Source of the DNA: an uncultured virus (IMG/VR IMGVR_UViG_3300030109_004479)
Lineage: Duplodnaviria > Heunggongvirae > Uroviricota > Caudoviricetes
DNA: 64,000 nucleotides
Direction: 5' to 3' (one strand)
Virus record (IMG/VR): IMGVR_UViG_3300030109_004479
Location: 1-64,000 of that record
Positions 9,337-18,235 of the stretch are shown one piece after another. Both the position numbers and the translations under genes were made by a program. Within the stretch, counting starts at the first letter, position 1. Each line of letters opens with the position of its first letter. The notes under the pieces were generated by a model. That model saw only the letters and a program-made list of their open reading frames with translations. It had not been told where the DNA came from and did no database searches.

Positions 9337-9666
9337 TTACTCTTTACTTGGAATACCCGATGATATTTCGGTAACGGTGTTCTTAGATGGTGGAACAACT
9401 TTTTTATCCATAGACTTATTAAAAAACTGCAAAAGAGTTGTTATCTTATCTTTTTCGTCTCTTAAAATATTAGCCTTATTTTCCAAGTCTTTTTCGATAT
9501 CAAGTAAGCTTTGGTAATGCTGTTCTATCACCTCATGTACCACTTCTTTCTTCTTAACTTCCATAGCTTTTTCAGCTACCTCTTTTATGTGAGCTTCCAT
9601 ATCTTCAGTTATTTGAACTGAGTTCACTTCATCATCGACTACAAATGGTGGTGCTTTTTCGTCCAT
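9337..9666 (-). CDS. Hypothetical coiled-coil protein
   Basis: 109-aa ORF in the replication operon. Confidence 0.65.
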   Translation of the reverse strand: MDEKAPPFVVDDEVNSVQITEDMEAHIKEVAEKAMEVKKKEVVHEVIEQHYQSLLDIEKDLENKANILRDEKDKITTLLQFFNKSMDKKVVPPSKNTVTEISSGIPSKE

Positions 9667-9670
9667 ATTA

Positions 9671-10345
9671 TTAGCTTCCTAAAAGTTGACTGAAGGTTAT
9701 TGCTTCCTCAGGAGCATTCTCGCTCGTTGGTTTTAAGGTTGGTATAAACCAACTGTGCTGTCCCTTCGTAATTAGTTCTGTGCCAAAAGACCAAACTTTA
9801 GCAGCAATAGGCAACGCACTATTAAATAGCTGAAAAGTGTTTAGTTTTTTGTACGTAAACTTATATCCATCTTTACTAACGTTAATGACACCAAGAGCAT
9901 AATTAGTGTCTCCAATAGGATATTGGTAGATATCATCTTCAGAACCTTCTGGTTGAGGAATCAAAAGAGTAATATCTGCAAAGACAACCATCTTACCGTA
10001 TTCAGAATCATTTTCTACTTCTGACCTTTCAGCTTCACTCCACGCCATTCTAGGCATTTCATCACTGCCAAAAGGAACGTTTTCACGCCATCCTTTTTTA
10101 GTGTGTCCTATGATAACATCTACTCGGTCATCTTTTTCTAAAAGAACATCTGTTTTATCTATTACAATGCCTCCGATAGGCCCATCTATTTGACTCATTT
10201 TTTGAATCACGTTTAAACGTGGAACATCCACATCCTCTAAAGAAACAACAAAACCTCCATCGCCTGAAGCACACAACGCTGTGTCCTTACTAGCAACTAT
10301 TTCTGCACTTTCTTCTTTTTTACTTTTTTGCTTAACTGCACTCAT
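9671..10345 (-). CDS. Putative ssDNA-binding/annealing protein
   Basis: DVDVPRLNVIQKMS motif and C-terminal SWFIP; acidic; lies between the DUF2800 nuclease and PolA. Confidence 0.5.
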   Translation of the reverse strand: MSAVKQKSKKEESAEIVASKDTALCASGDGGFVVSLEDVDVPRLNVIQKMSQIDGPIGGIVIDKTDVLLEKDDRVDVIIGHTKKGWRENVPFGSDEMPRMAWSEAERSEVENDSEYGKMVVFADITLLIPQPEGSEDDIYQYPIGDTNYALGVINVSKDGYKFTYKKLNTFQLFNSALPIAAKVWSFGTELITKGQHSWFIPTLKPTSENAPEEAITFSQLLGS

Positions 10346-10347
10346 GT

Positions 10348-10375
10348 TTTATATTTTATATTTTATATTTTATAT
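10348..10375 (-). repeat. (ATATAAA)4 tandem repeat in the SSB-like gene leader
   Basis: tttatat x4 on the plus strand, 2 nt from the start codon. Confidence 0.85.
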
Positions 10376-10404
10376 TTAGTTTCTAAGAACCTCTGTTCTT
10401 AAAA

Positions 10405-11529
10405 TTATTTTTCAGATAGTGTATACCTTTTTTCAGAAAAACTAATCACATCTTCTGACTCTAACTCATCAAGAAAGTCATGTGCTGCTTGCCCTTTCTC
10501 TCCGTCAGGAGCTTTTTTACTTACTTCTTTTGCTAGGGCACCTAATGGCATTCGCACAGTATCCATTATTTCTTCAGGAGATAAACTATATTTTTCTGCA
10601 ATCTCCATTAATTTTTTGTTATCTTTGCAAGATCTAGTAGAGCCCATTGATTTAAGCCTAAGAGTAGGGAACTCTTTTCCTGATTTAGCAACATCAACCG
10701 CTTTGGCTTTTATTCGTGTAGCCCAGTTACTTACAATCTTTGCCACAACCCATAACTGTTCTAGAACTTCAGGATCATCAGGATCTGATATGTCCACATC
10801 TTTATCAGGCAGCATAGAAAGCCGTTGAGCAACTTCTACAGCAATAGCCCCACAAGCAGGGCACCTATCTTCAAACATGCAAAACCTACAATTTACAGAG
10901 GGAGATAACTCATCTAGTTCGGGGGCTCCTGTATCCCACTTAGGGCGTACTTCTTGTCCTTTTAAAATAACATCATTAAGTTGTTTTGTTAGCCCTGCAA
11001 TGTCATCTCTAGTAAAAGTTTCGTGAAGAACTTCATTTCGTACAGGTATATAAAAAACAAATATAATTTCTTCTACCTCAGGAAAAGCTTGAAACGCACC
11101 TAAGGTATAGGCTTTCGCTTGCCAATTACTTCGTGGGGAGTCTATAACAGATATGCCTGTTTTGTAATCGGCCATTATGGCTTTATCACCCCTAACTAAA
11201 AACCTATCACAAGTTCCCCATGTAGATGTTTGACCCAAATCAACGGTTACTTGAATCTCGTTCATTTCTTCAAACTCAGATTCTCCAAAAATACTTTTAT
11301 TAAAATCGTCTTCGTCTTTTACTATCTGCTCATAAATTTCTAACTCTTCTTCATCGTGAAGAGCAGAGGGGTCTCTTACCTCTAGAGCTTCATGAATACG
11401 GGTGCCTTTTTCAGCAGCAGCGTTTGTGCCTGAAGTGCTTTTATATCCTGCACACCCTGCTACGTACTTTAAACTTGATGGACTAAACTCTGCGTGTCCT
11501 CTGCTTCCGTGGTCTGGTGTTTCAGTCAT
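10405..11529 (-). CDS. DUF2800/Cas4-like PD-(D/E)xK exonuclease
   Basis: HAEFSPSS...C, GTRIHEALE, GTCD, DYKTG, QAKAY, CRFC...C. Confidence 0.85.
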   Translation of the reverse strand: MTETPDHGSRGHAEFSPSSLKYVAGCAGYKSTSGTNAAAEKGTRIHEALEVRDPSALHDEEELEIYEQIVKDEDDFNKSIFGESEFEEMNEIQVTVDLGQTSTWGTCDRFLVRGDKAIMADYKTGISVIDSPRSNWQAKAYTLGAFQAFPEVEEIIFVFYIPVRNEVLHETFTRDDIAGLTKQLNDVILKGQEVRPKWDTGAPELDELSPSVNCRFCMFEDRCPACGAIAVEVAQRLSMLPDKDVDISDPDDPEVLEQLWVVAKIVSNWATRIKAKAVDVAKSGKEFPTLRLKSMGSTRSCKDNKKLMEIAEKYSLSPEEIMDTVRMPLGALAKEVSKKAPDGEKGQAAHDFLDELESEDVISFSEKRYTLSEK

Positions 11530-12835
11530 TTGATCCTGTATGTAATGTGTTTAAATTAGCTAGTTTAGCTTGAATAGATTTAACCACGGTTTCCTCAACA
11601 CTCCCCGCAGCAACCAATATCTTTTGTAAAGCATGGCTCTTGGCTCCGTTCCTATGTATTCTTCCTAACGCTTGCATATAATCTTTAGCTGAAAAGGTTG
11701 GACTAATTAAAGCAACTCTTGGGTAATCCCCCATAACGTCGTGCAAACTTAAGCCTGTCCCACCAGCGGCTATATTAACCACCAATACTCTTTCTTCGTC
11801 TAGAGAAAAATCATCTATTATTGCCTGTCTCCTATAAGGGTTCTGACCTCCTATGATGCTAGGGCACCCCAATTTATCTGTAAGGGCATCAGCGGTGTCC
11901 CTAAAATTTACAAAAATAACTACAGACTTGTCTTGGTCTTTTAAGTCTTCCGTCATTTCAACTATATCATGAACTTTTAAAGACTCAGCTAATTGTCTAG
12001 CTCTTAGTATATTTACAATATCAAACTCATTGTCAGTAACTGAACCATTTTCCAAGTACTCTGAAACTATAGAAGGAGTTACTCCATAATTTTCGTAAGC
12101 TTCTAATATTTTTTTGGAGTCTTTAAATTCTAAGTGTTCTACAAACACTCTATTCTCTTTAAACGAATCAGGGAAGTCTTCGATGGTTAACCTATAAGCA
12201 GCTCCTTGTTCACCGTACATTGTGCAGTGTACATCTTTCAATCGTTTCCTACTTAAAAGTTTCCATTTACCCCAATTGTCAACAGCGCATCCGTTGTCTT
12301 CCATCCATCCTTGCCAACTATTAGGTTTTTTATTTAAGTCATGCAACCGCAACATATACCCTAAAGCTCTCATTTCAGTAGGATCTTCTGCTGCGGTCGC
12401 AGACATAGCGTGAATTAAATGTCCGTGTTCTTCCGCTTGTTTCACAAGGCTTATTAGTAACTGAGCGTTCTGAGTCCATGCTCCTTTGCATTTATGAACC
12501 TCATCAAATATAACAAACGTAGGCTCTTCAAAAAGCCACTTCATTATTTTTTTCCCTTTCTTAGAAAGAAACGCAGTTTTACCTGTGCGTATTCTTTCGT
12601 AGTTCATAACGCAATCAGGCTCTACCCCCATATCTATCATTTCCCTATCCCACATAGGGATAACAGCTTTAGGGCAAATAACGGCTACACGCATACCCAA
12701 CTGTTTAGCTAAATATGCGGCAACCACTGTTTTGCCCGTTCCTACTTCGCTTGTATCAAGAGTGTGTTTCCCTTGTTTTAAGCTAGCTAGAAAATGATCT
12801 GCTGCTTTTTGTTGAGGAGTATATAAAGTTTTCAT
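11522..12835 (-). CDS. SF2 (SNF2/DEXH-like) helicase
   Basis: EVGTGKT, FDEVH, MSATA, AGGTGLSLH, QALGRIHRNG. Confidence 0.9.
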   Translation of the reverse strand: MKTLYTPQQKAADHFLASLKQGKHTLDTSEVGTGKTVVAAYLAKQLGMRVAVICPKAVIPMWDREMIDMGVEPDCVMNYERIRTGKTAFLSKKGKKIMKWLFEEPTFVIFDEVHKCKGAWTQNAQLLISLVKQAEEHGHLIHAMSATAAEDPTEMRALGYMLRLHDLNKKPNSWQGWMEDNGCAVDNWGKWKLLSRKRLKDVHCTMYGEQGAAYRLTIEDFPDSFKENRVFVEHLEFKDSKKILEAYENYGVTPSIVSEYLENGSVTDNEFDIVNILRARQLAESLKVHDIVEMTEDLKDQDKSVVIFVNFRDTADALTDKLGCPSIIGGQNPYRRQAIIDDFSLDEERVLVVNIAAGGTGLSLHDVMGDYPRVALISPTFSAKDYMQALGRIHRNGAKSHALQKILVAAGSVEETVVKSIQAKLANLNTLHTGSND

Positions 12836-12879
12836 TAACTTCCTAATACTACAGGAAGATAAACATGTCCAAACTTTTT

Positions 12880-13383
12880 TTAAGAAAAGTTAAATTCGTG
12901 TTTTTTTATATAATGAGCAATTAAAAAAGCGTCAACCATCCCATCGTGGGGGGTCTTGGCTCGTGGGCTTTTCAGCCATTTTTCTAAAGGCTCTATGGTA
13001 GAAGCTATCTTAAGAGCTTTTTGTTTAGATTGGCCTTTATTAAATGTTCCTAACATAGATCGTTGCCAGTCTCTAACCACTACGCACCGATGCCTCCACC
13101 CTTGAATTTCACACAAACCTAAAAGTTTACCAAAAGATAAAGCCATAGACCTTACCGCTTGAGAAGACCTTGCGTGTCGTAAAGGTTCTTCTATAGCTAT
13201 GAATAAATCTTTTGGCGATTCATCTAAACCTAATATCCATTGATATGTTTTATAAGTATCCACTTCTCTTTTTCCACACCTTTCCAATGTTTTCATTGGA
13301 GTTTTAGCTATGATATCTCCCGTGCGAGAAGAAAGTCCTACAAGGCCCCCATCTAAACCATTATCTATTCCGACAATTGTCAT
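12880..13383 (-). CDS. RuvC-like Holliday junction resolvase
   Basis: IVGIDNGLDGG, IAIEE, FGK...G, WQRSM, HDGMVDAFLIA. Confidence 0.8.
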   Translation of the reverse strand: MTIVGIDNGLDGGLVGLSSRTGDIIAKTPMKTLERCGKREVDTYKTYQWILGLDESPKDLFIAIEEPLRHARSSQAVRSMALSFGKLLGLCEIQGWRHRCVVVRDWQRSMLGTFNKGQSKQKALKIASTIEPLEKWLKSPRAKTPHDGMVDAFLIAHYIKKHEFNFS

Positions 13384-13628
13384 TAACTTAAAATCTCAGA
13401 AGAAACAATTAACCCTCCATACTCATCGGCTGGGAGATATACATCAATGTTTTTTCTTAAACTTTGTAATAAAAAAATTTCATGAGCTGAAGTAGGAAAA
13501 ACTCTATAATACTTTCCAACTAAACAATCCTGTCTGAAATAAAAATCATTTCCTTTATTTTCTCTAACAAGAACTTTAGGGTTTTCTACCTTTTCTTTTT
13601 CTGGGAAAAATAATTTTTGTCCTTTCAT
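13383..13628 (-). CDS. Hypothetical protein
   Basis: 81-aa ORF translationally coupled on both sides. Confidence 0.6.
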   Translation of the reverse strand: MKGQKLFFPEKEKVENPKVLVRENKGNDFYFRQDCLVGKYYRVFPTSAHEIFLLQSLRKNIDVYLPADEYGGLIVSSEILS

Positions 13629-14215
13629 TAATCTTCAGGATCAACATCTATAACTTTTTTAGGGTTTACTTTAACGGCTCCGTTTCCTAAATCAGCTTTA
13701 GTGTTATTTAAAATATTTATATCAATTTGTAATCCTTGGCCCGACCCTCCTTTGTTATCTATATTTAGATTACGCCTAATCAATTGATCTAGTTCACTTA
13801 ACTCTCTAATAGTTCTTGGCCCTCTTAAGTTTTTTAAATTATCTCTAAGAAGTTTAATAGCAGAAGCAGCTACATAGCTTTGGTATTTTTCAGCAGGGCT
13901 ATTCTTAGCTTCTGATATTTCTAGTATTGCTTTTTCTTCTTCTGCTCTAGCTTCTAGTTTTGCTAACTTGATTGCTTCGTGAGTCTTTTTATCTAAGTTT
14001 TCGTCTAGAGCAGTTTGCAAAGGATCAATATCATCAGGTTTTGGGTTTGCGCTATGTGAGTTTGTTTTGGGTTCTACGCCCTCTGCTCTTAACCACCTTC
14101 GTAAGGTAGATGTATTTATATCTAACTCTTTAGCAATATTTACCAACGTATAATCTTCGTTATACAATTCGATTGCTTTCTTTAGCAGTTTTGACTTTTT
14201 AGATCTCTTAGACAA
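13628..14215 (-). CDS. HTH protein, candidate terminase small subunit
   Basis: N-terminal HTH (TLVNIAKELDINTSTLRRWL), central helices, C-terminal beta-like LQIDINIL; adjacent and divergent to TerL. Confidence 0.55.
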   Translation of the reverse strand: MSKRSKKSKLLKKAIELYNEDYTLVNIAKELDINTSTLRRWLRAEGVEPKTNSHSANPKPDDIDPLQTALDENLDKKTHEAIKLAKLEARAEEEKAILEISEAKNSPAEKYQSYVAASAIKLLRDNLKNLRGPRTIRELSELDQLIRRNLNIDNKGGSGQGLQIDINILNNTKADLGNGAVKVNPKKVIDVDPED

Positions 14216-14224
14216 TACCCTTTA

Positions 14225-14253
14225 TATATACTAGAATTATATGTAAATATCAA
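14225..14253 (-). promoter_or_regulatory. Sigma70-like promoter for the HTH/replication block
   Basis: TTGATA-N17-TATATA, 9 nt before TTG 14215. Confidence 0.5.
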
Positions 14254-14259
14254 CTTACT

Positions 14260-16023
14260 ATGGCTAGTATTAACAAATTTGAACCTTACCTTGATTCTAA
14301 AACTCAAAAAATTTGCGTAGGGGGTTTATACATTCCACCAACAAATACACTTACTGCTTTATTATATGGTTTTGGTAAGCATAAAAATTTAAATGCTAAA
14401 GAGTATTATTTTTGGAGAGTCTGTGATGAGCTTTGGAACAACGATGAACTTCCTGAAAAACTTATGGTTAGGCATCCGTGGGCTACCTCTATGATTAAAG
14501 CAGCTCTTGGGAATAAATACTTAGCAGTGGGAGGTGCCGCTTCTTCTGGTAAATCACACACAATGGCTGCTTATGCTATTGTCTGTTGGTTAGCTGCGCC
14601 AAGGGATACACTGGTTCTTTTAACATCAACCACGTTACGGGAAGCACGAAAAAGGATATGGGGTTCAGTGATCACATTACTAAACGTTATAAATGGTGCA
14701 CCGTTCAGGATACGGGATTCAATAGGAAACGTAGCTTATATAAACGAAAAAGGAACCCTTATAGAAAAAGCAGGTCTTAGTTTAATAGCTTGCGAAAAAA
14801 GCAAAGAAAAGACAGCAGTTGGTAAATTTATAGGTATTAAACAAAAAAACGTGCTGGTGGTAGCTGACGAGCTTAGTGAACTTAGTGAAAGTATTTTACA
14901 AGCGGGCCTTACAAACCTATCTAAAAACCCAAGTTTTAAGCTTATTGGTATGAGTAACCCTGCTTCAAGGTACGATGCTTTTGGAGTTTGGGCACAGCCT
15001 GAAGACGGGTGGGACTCTGTTTCTATTGATGCAGACGAATGGAAAACAAAATACGGAGGGAGGTACTTGAGATTAGATGGAGAAAGATCCCCCAACATTA
15101 TAGCAGGAAAAACAATATATCCTTGGTTGCCTACAGAAGAAAAACTACAAGAAGACAGGGACTTACTAGGCCCTGATTCTAGAGGCTATAAACGAATGGT
15201 ATCTGCTATTTTCTTTGAAAATGACGAAGAAGAAACAATATACTCTGAATCAGGTATAAGTCGTTCAGGTTCAATGAACACCGTACAGTGGAAAGGGAAC
15301 CCTATACCGTGTGCAGGTCTTGACCCTGCTTTTAGTAATGGAGGAGATAGGTGTATTCTTTATACAGGGTTAGTTGGGTATGATTTAAGTGGTCAGTATG
15401 TGTGTGAACTAAAAGATTCTATCCCCCTTTTGGACGATGCCACCAACACAGCGGTGCCTCGTTCATACCAGATCGTGAAGATGTTACGGACGGAACTGGA
15501 GAAAAGGAAGATTGATCCTGCAAATCTGGCGGTGGACTCGACGGGTGCTGGGAATCCTTTTTGCGACATAATCGAAGCAGAAGGTCTTTTAAATATTTTA
15601 AGGGTATCATTCGGAGGTAAACCTTCTGAGAAAAGAGTGTCTGTCAATTCTAAATTAATTGGTACAGAGCTATATTCAAACAGGTGTAGTGAGTTGTGGT
15701 TTGCTGGTAAGGAGTTAATGAGGACAAAACAATTGTTTGGTATATCTAATGAACTGGCAAGTGAAATGACAGGCAGAAGGTTTGAAATGTACAAGTCAGG
15801 GTCTTTAAAAATGAAGATAGAATCAAAGCCTGAGTTTAAATCTCGCTTAGGAAAATCGCCAGACGTAGCGGATGCTGCTTTCCTTTGCATCGATGTTGCT
15901 CGCCAGAGATTAGGATTGGTTGCAGCCGAACCTCCTAATGCTCAAGGAGTAGCGCAATCAGGGTCTCAAAAAACTATTAAGAATCTTACGGGTATGTTAC
16001 GTGCTCAGGTTCTTGCAGATTAA
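14260..16023 (+). CDS. terL: Terminase large subunit
   Basis: Walker A GGAASSGKS, Walker B VVADE, MSNP; nuclease motifs GLDPA..GGD, AVDSTGAG, SPDVADA. Confidence 0.9.
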   Translation: MASINKFEPYLDSKTQKICVGGLYIPPTNTLTALLYGFGKHKNLNAKEYYFWRVCDELWNNDELPEKLMVRHPWATSMIKAALGNKYLAVGGAASSGKSHTMAAYAIVCWLAAPRDTLVLLTSTTLREARKRIWGSVITLLNVINGAPFRIRDSIGNVAYINEKGTLIEKAGLSLIACEKSKEKTAVGKFIGIKQKNVLVVADELSELSESILQAGLTNLSKNPSFKLIGMSNPASRYDAFGVWAQPEDGWDSVSIDADEWKTKYGGRYLRLDGERSPNIIAGKTIYPWLPTEEKLQEDRDLLGPDSRGYKRMVSAIFFENDEEETIYSESGISRSGSMNTVQWKGNPIPCAGLDPAFSNGGDRCILYTGLVGYDLSGQYVCELKDSIPLLDDATNTAVPRSYQIVKMLRTELEKRKIDPANLAVDSTGAGNPFCDIIEAEGLLNILRVSFGGKPSEKRVSVNSKLIGTELYSNRCSELWFAGKELMRTKQLFGISNELASEMTGRRFEMYKSGSLKMKIESKPEFKSRLGKSPDVADAAFLCIDVARQRLGLVAAEPPNAQGVAQSGSQKTIKNLTGMLRAQVLAD

Positions 16024-16149
16024 ACTAGAGGGGGGAGGGGTATAAAGTTTATATTACACTGCTCACATTTTCTACTGTAATACAAAGTACACACAGTGGA
16101 AAGTGTGAGAGGATCTAAAGAGAGTTTATATATAGGGGGTACCTCTAAA
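16022..16149. repeat. Dispersed ~125-bp palindromic element, copy 1
   Basis: Shares 21 identical nt (ACAGTGGAAAGTGTGAGAGGA) and its overall layout with 40562-40682; 17-bp stem 16062-78/16093-109. Confidence 0.85.
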
Positions 16150-16221
16150 TGAACTTTTGACTTTATTTACTATGAATTTAAATTATTAAGGTATTTTAAA
16201 TTTTACTAATATTTTTATAAC

Positions 16222-16827
16222 ATGGCTATATTTGACTTTCTTCGTCGCAGGAAAAAACTAAAAGAGGATCAAAAGCTTTCTCCTACTAAATACTTACAAG
16301 GCATGAAAGATAGCCCCATTGGGATGGGACAGCCTGAAGTTATAGGTAAAGGTTCTGATCCAGATATTGCCCCTTTAAGTGCTCCTCGTACAAGACTTGA
16401 CTCTATTAAACCCTTAAATATCCAAAAGCCTAAACAAGATGAAAGGGAATTTGATGTGGAACCTTATGGATTCCTTTGGAACAAAGACAAGGTTAAGCGA
16501 GATGTAAGAGCTGAAAAACCAAATGTAGATATTTTTAGGGATAGAATGATGTCTAGAAGGAATAAGAGGAAAAAAGATGCTCAAGCACGGTACGAAGAAC
16601 AAACAGCAGCTAGAAGTAAAAGAGCGGGAGCTAGAAAAGAAAGAACTCCTGAACAAAGGCAAAAAGAATATGATGAAGCGTTTAGTAGGCCCTTAGGAGA
16701 AAACACAATAATGGGAATAGCTTCTGCAAATATAGCGGGAAGGCAGCAAGCTATGATAGACAGGGCCGCTAAGAGACGAGAAGAAAAAAGAAAAAAAGAA
16801 GCAGCTAAAAATAATAATAATAAATAA
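16222..16827 (+). CDS. Hypothetical basic protein, possibly internal virion
   Basis: 201-aa ORF heading the operon that contains the giant protein. Confidence 0.6.
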   Translation: MAIFDFLRRRKKLKEDQKLSPTKYLQGMKDSPIGMGQPEVIGKGSDPDIAPLSAPRTRLDSIKPLNIQKPKQDEREFDVEPYGFLWNKDKVKRDVRAEKPNVDIFRDRMMSRRNKRKKDAQARYEEQTAARSKRAGARKERTPEQRQKEYDEAFSRPLGENTIMGIASANIAGRQQAMIDRAAKRREEKRKKEAAKNNNNK

Positions 16828-16828
16828 T

Positions 16829-18229
16829 ATGGGCCTCCAAGATTTAATTTCTACCCCGTTCGGTCAATCTATGTCTTCTAGACGTAGAACCGTTTCTCCA
16901 CGTTCTGCACGTTTTAGGAGTGCCGCAAGAAGAATAGGAGAGTTTACTCCAGAAGGCAGAAGGTTAAAGCTCCAAGGGGAGCTTATGAGAATGGATGAGC
17001 CTAACGTAGCTACTCCAGAATCTAACTCTTTGATGCAGCAAGGAGAACAACTTAAAGCTGCCTATGCTAGCGGAGCTTTTGAAGGAGCAAAAGATTTAGC
17101 TCCTTTGAAAAGACAATGGTTTTCTGACGTTAATGCTGCAAACTTATCTGCCCAAGATAAAGAGGGTATAAGGCGTATGTTTGTTGAGGATTTTGATAAA
17201 GCAGGAACTGCTGCTGACGCAGAACAAAAAAGAGTTTTAGATTTAAAGAATCAAGAGTTAGCCATAAAATCTACAGAGCAAAACTTACAAACTGGAAAGC
17301 AGCTCGGAGACCTTAGGGAAGTTGGTCTTAATAAAGCTCGAAGGGATTTTAAACAAGAAACAGAAGCTTTAGATCAAAGAGATGAAGTTCAAGATGCACT
17401 ACAAAAATTTAATAGAGCAATGCAAAAAATTGATGCAGATTTTGCTGCGGGCACTTTGGACGTGGGTCGACGAGAACGAGAAAGAAAGAAAGAAATAGCT
17501 GACCTTTCTATTATAGGGTCTAAGTATCGTTTGGATAACAATCAAGTAGGCGCAGTTAATGCTGCTTTGCAGGGAGCAGGAAGCGAACTTAGGTACGAAA
17601 GATTAAGATCAGATAAGAAAGAAGATCGTGAGTTTTCTAGAGAGGTTTCTACACAAAACTTTATTAATAGTACGGCTGCATCTATAGGGTATGTACCTGA
17701 CTTTGCTAAATCTCAACAAGCTCAGTTGAATGACGCACTAAATGCGGTTAAAACGTTTAGGGAAGGACAAGCATCTTTAGCTTCCAACGTTAAAATTACA
17801 GAAAGCATAAGTTCAGCAGTGACTGAATTGAAATCATCTATTCCTTTAGAATCAGACGATGTCCCTGATGAAAAAACCGCAGCTCAAGTAAAGCTTACAA
17901 GTTTATTATCTGGATTAGAAACGTACAGTAGTGTACTTCCTCCTTCTGCTAAATCTGAAATAGATAAAGAAGTCACAACGTTAAAGACTAAAATAAATAA
18001 TAAAGGATGGGTTAAAGTAGACCCTTCTACAAAAACAGAAGTCGTTGTTAAAGAACAATATTTATTGTTAGCTAATGACATACGAGCTACTGCGGATAAA
18101 CTTATATTTTTAAATGCAACTTCTGGTGTAAAAGAAAAAGGTCAGACAACCCCTGTTAATACAAGCGACTTAAATAATTTACAAGGAACGACTCCAAAAA
18201 AGAAAGCTCCAACTCCAGCTCCCAAATAA
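16829..18229 (+). CDS. Putative internal virion (ejection) protein
   Basis: 466-aa helical, A/Q/K-rich ORF immediately upstream of the giant protein, as in podovirus ejection-protein clusters. Confidence 0.5.
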   Translation: MGLQDLISTPFGQSMSSRRRTVSPRSARFRSAARRIGEFTPEGRRLKLQGELMRMDEPNVATPESNSLMQQGEQLKAAYASGAFEGAKDLAPLKRQWFSDVNAANLSAQDKEGIRRMFVEDFDKAGTAADAEQKRVLDLKNQELAIKSTEQNLQTGKQLGDLREVGLNKARRDFKQETEALDQRDEVQDALQKFNRAMQKIDADFAAGTLDVGRRERERKKEIADLSIIGSKYRLDNNQVGAVNAALQGAGSELRYERLRSDKKEDREFSREVSTQNFINSTAASIGYVPDFAKSQQAQLNDALNAVKTFREGQASLASNVKITESISSAVTELKSSIPLESDDVPDEKTAAQVKLTSLLSGLETYSSVLPPSAKSEIDKEVTTLKTKINNKGWVKVDPSTKTEVVVKEQYLLLANDIRATADKLIFLNATSGVKEKGQTTPVNTSDLNNLQGTTPKKKAPTPAPK

Positions 18230-18235
18230 AAACCA

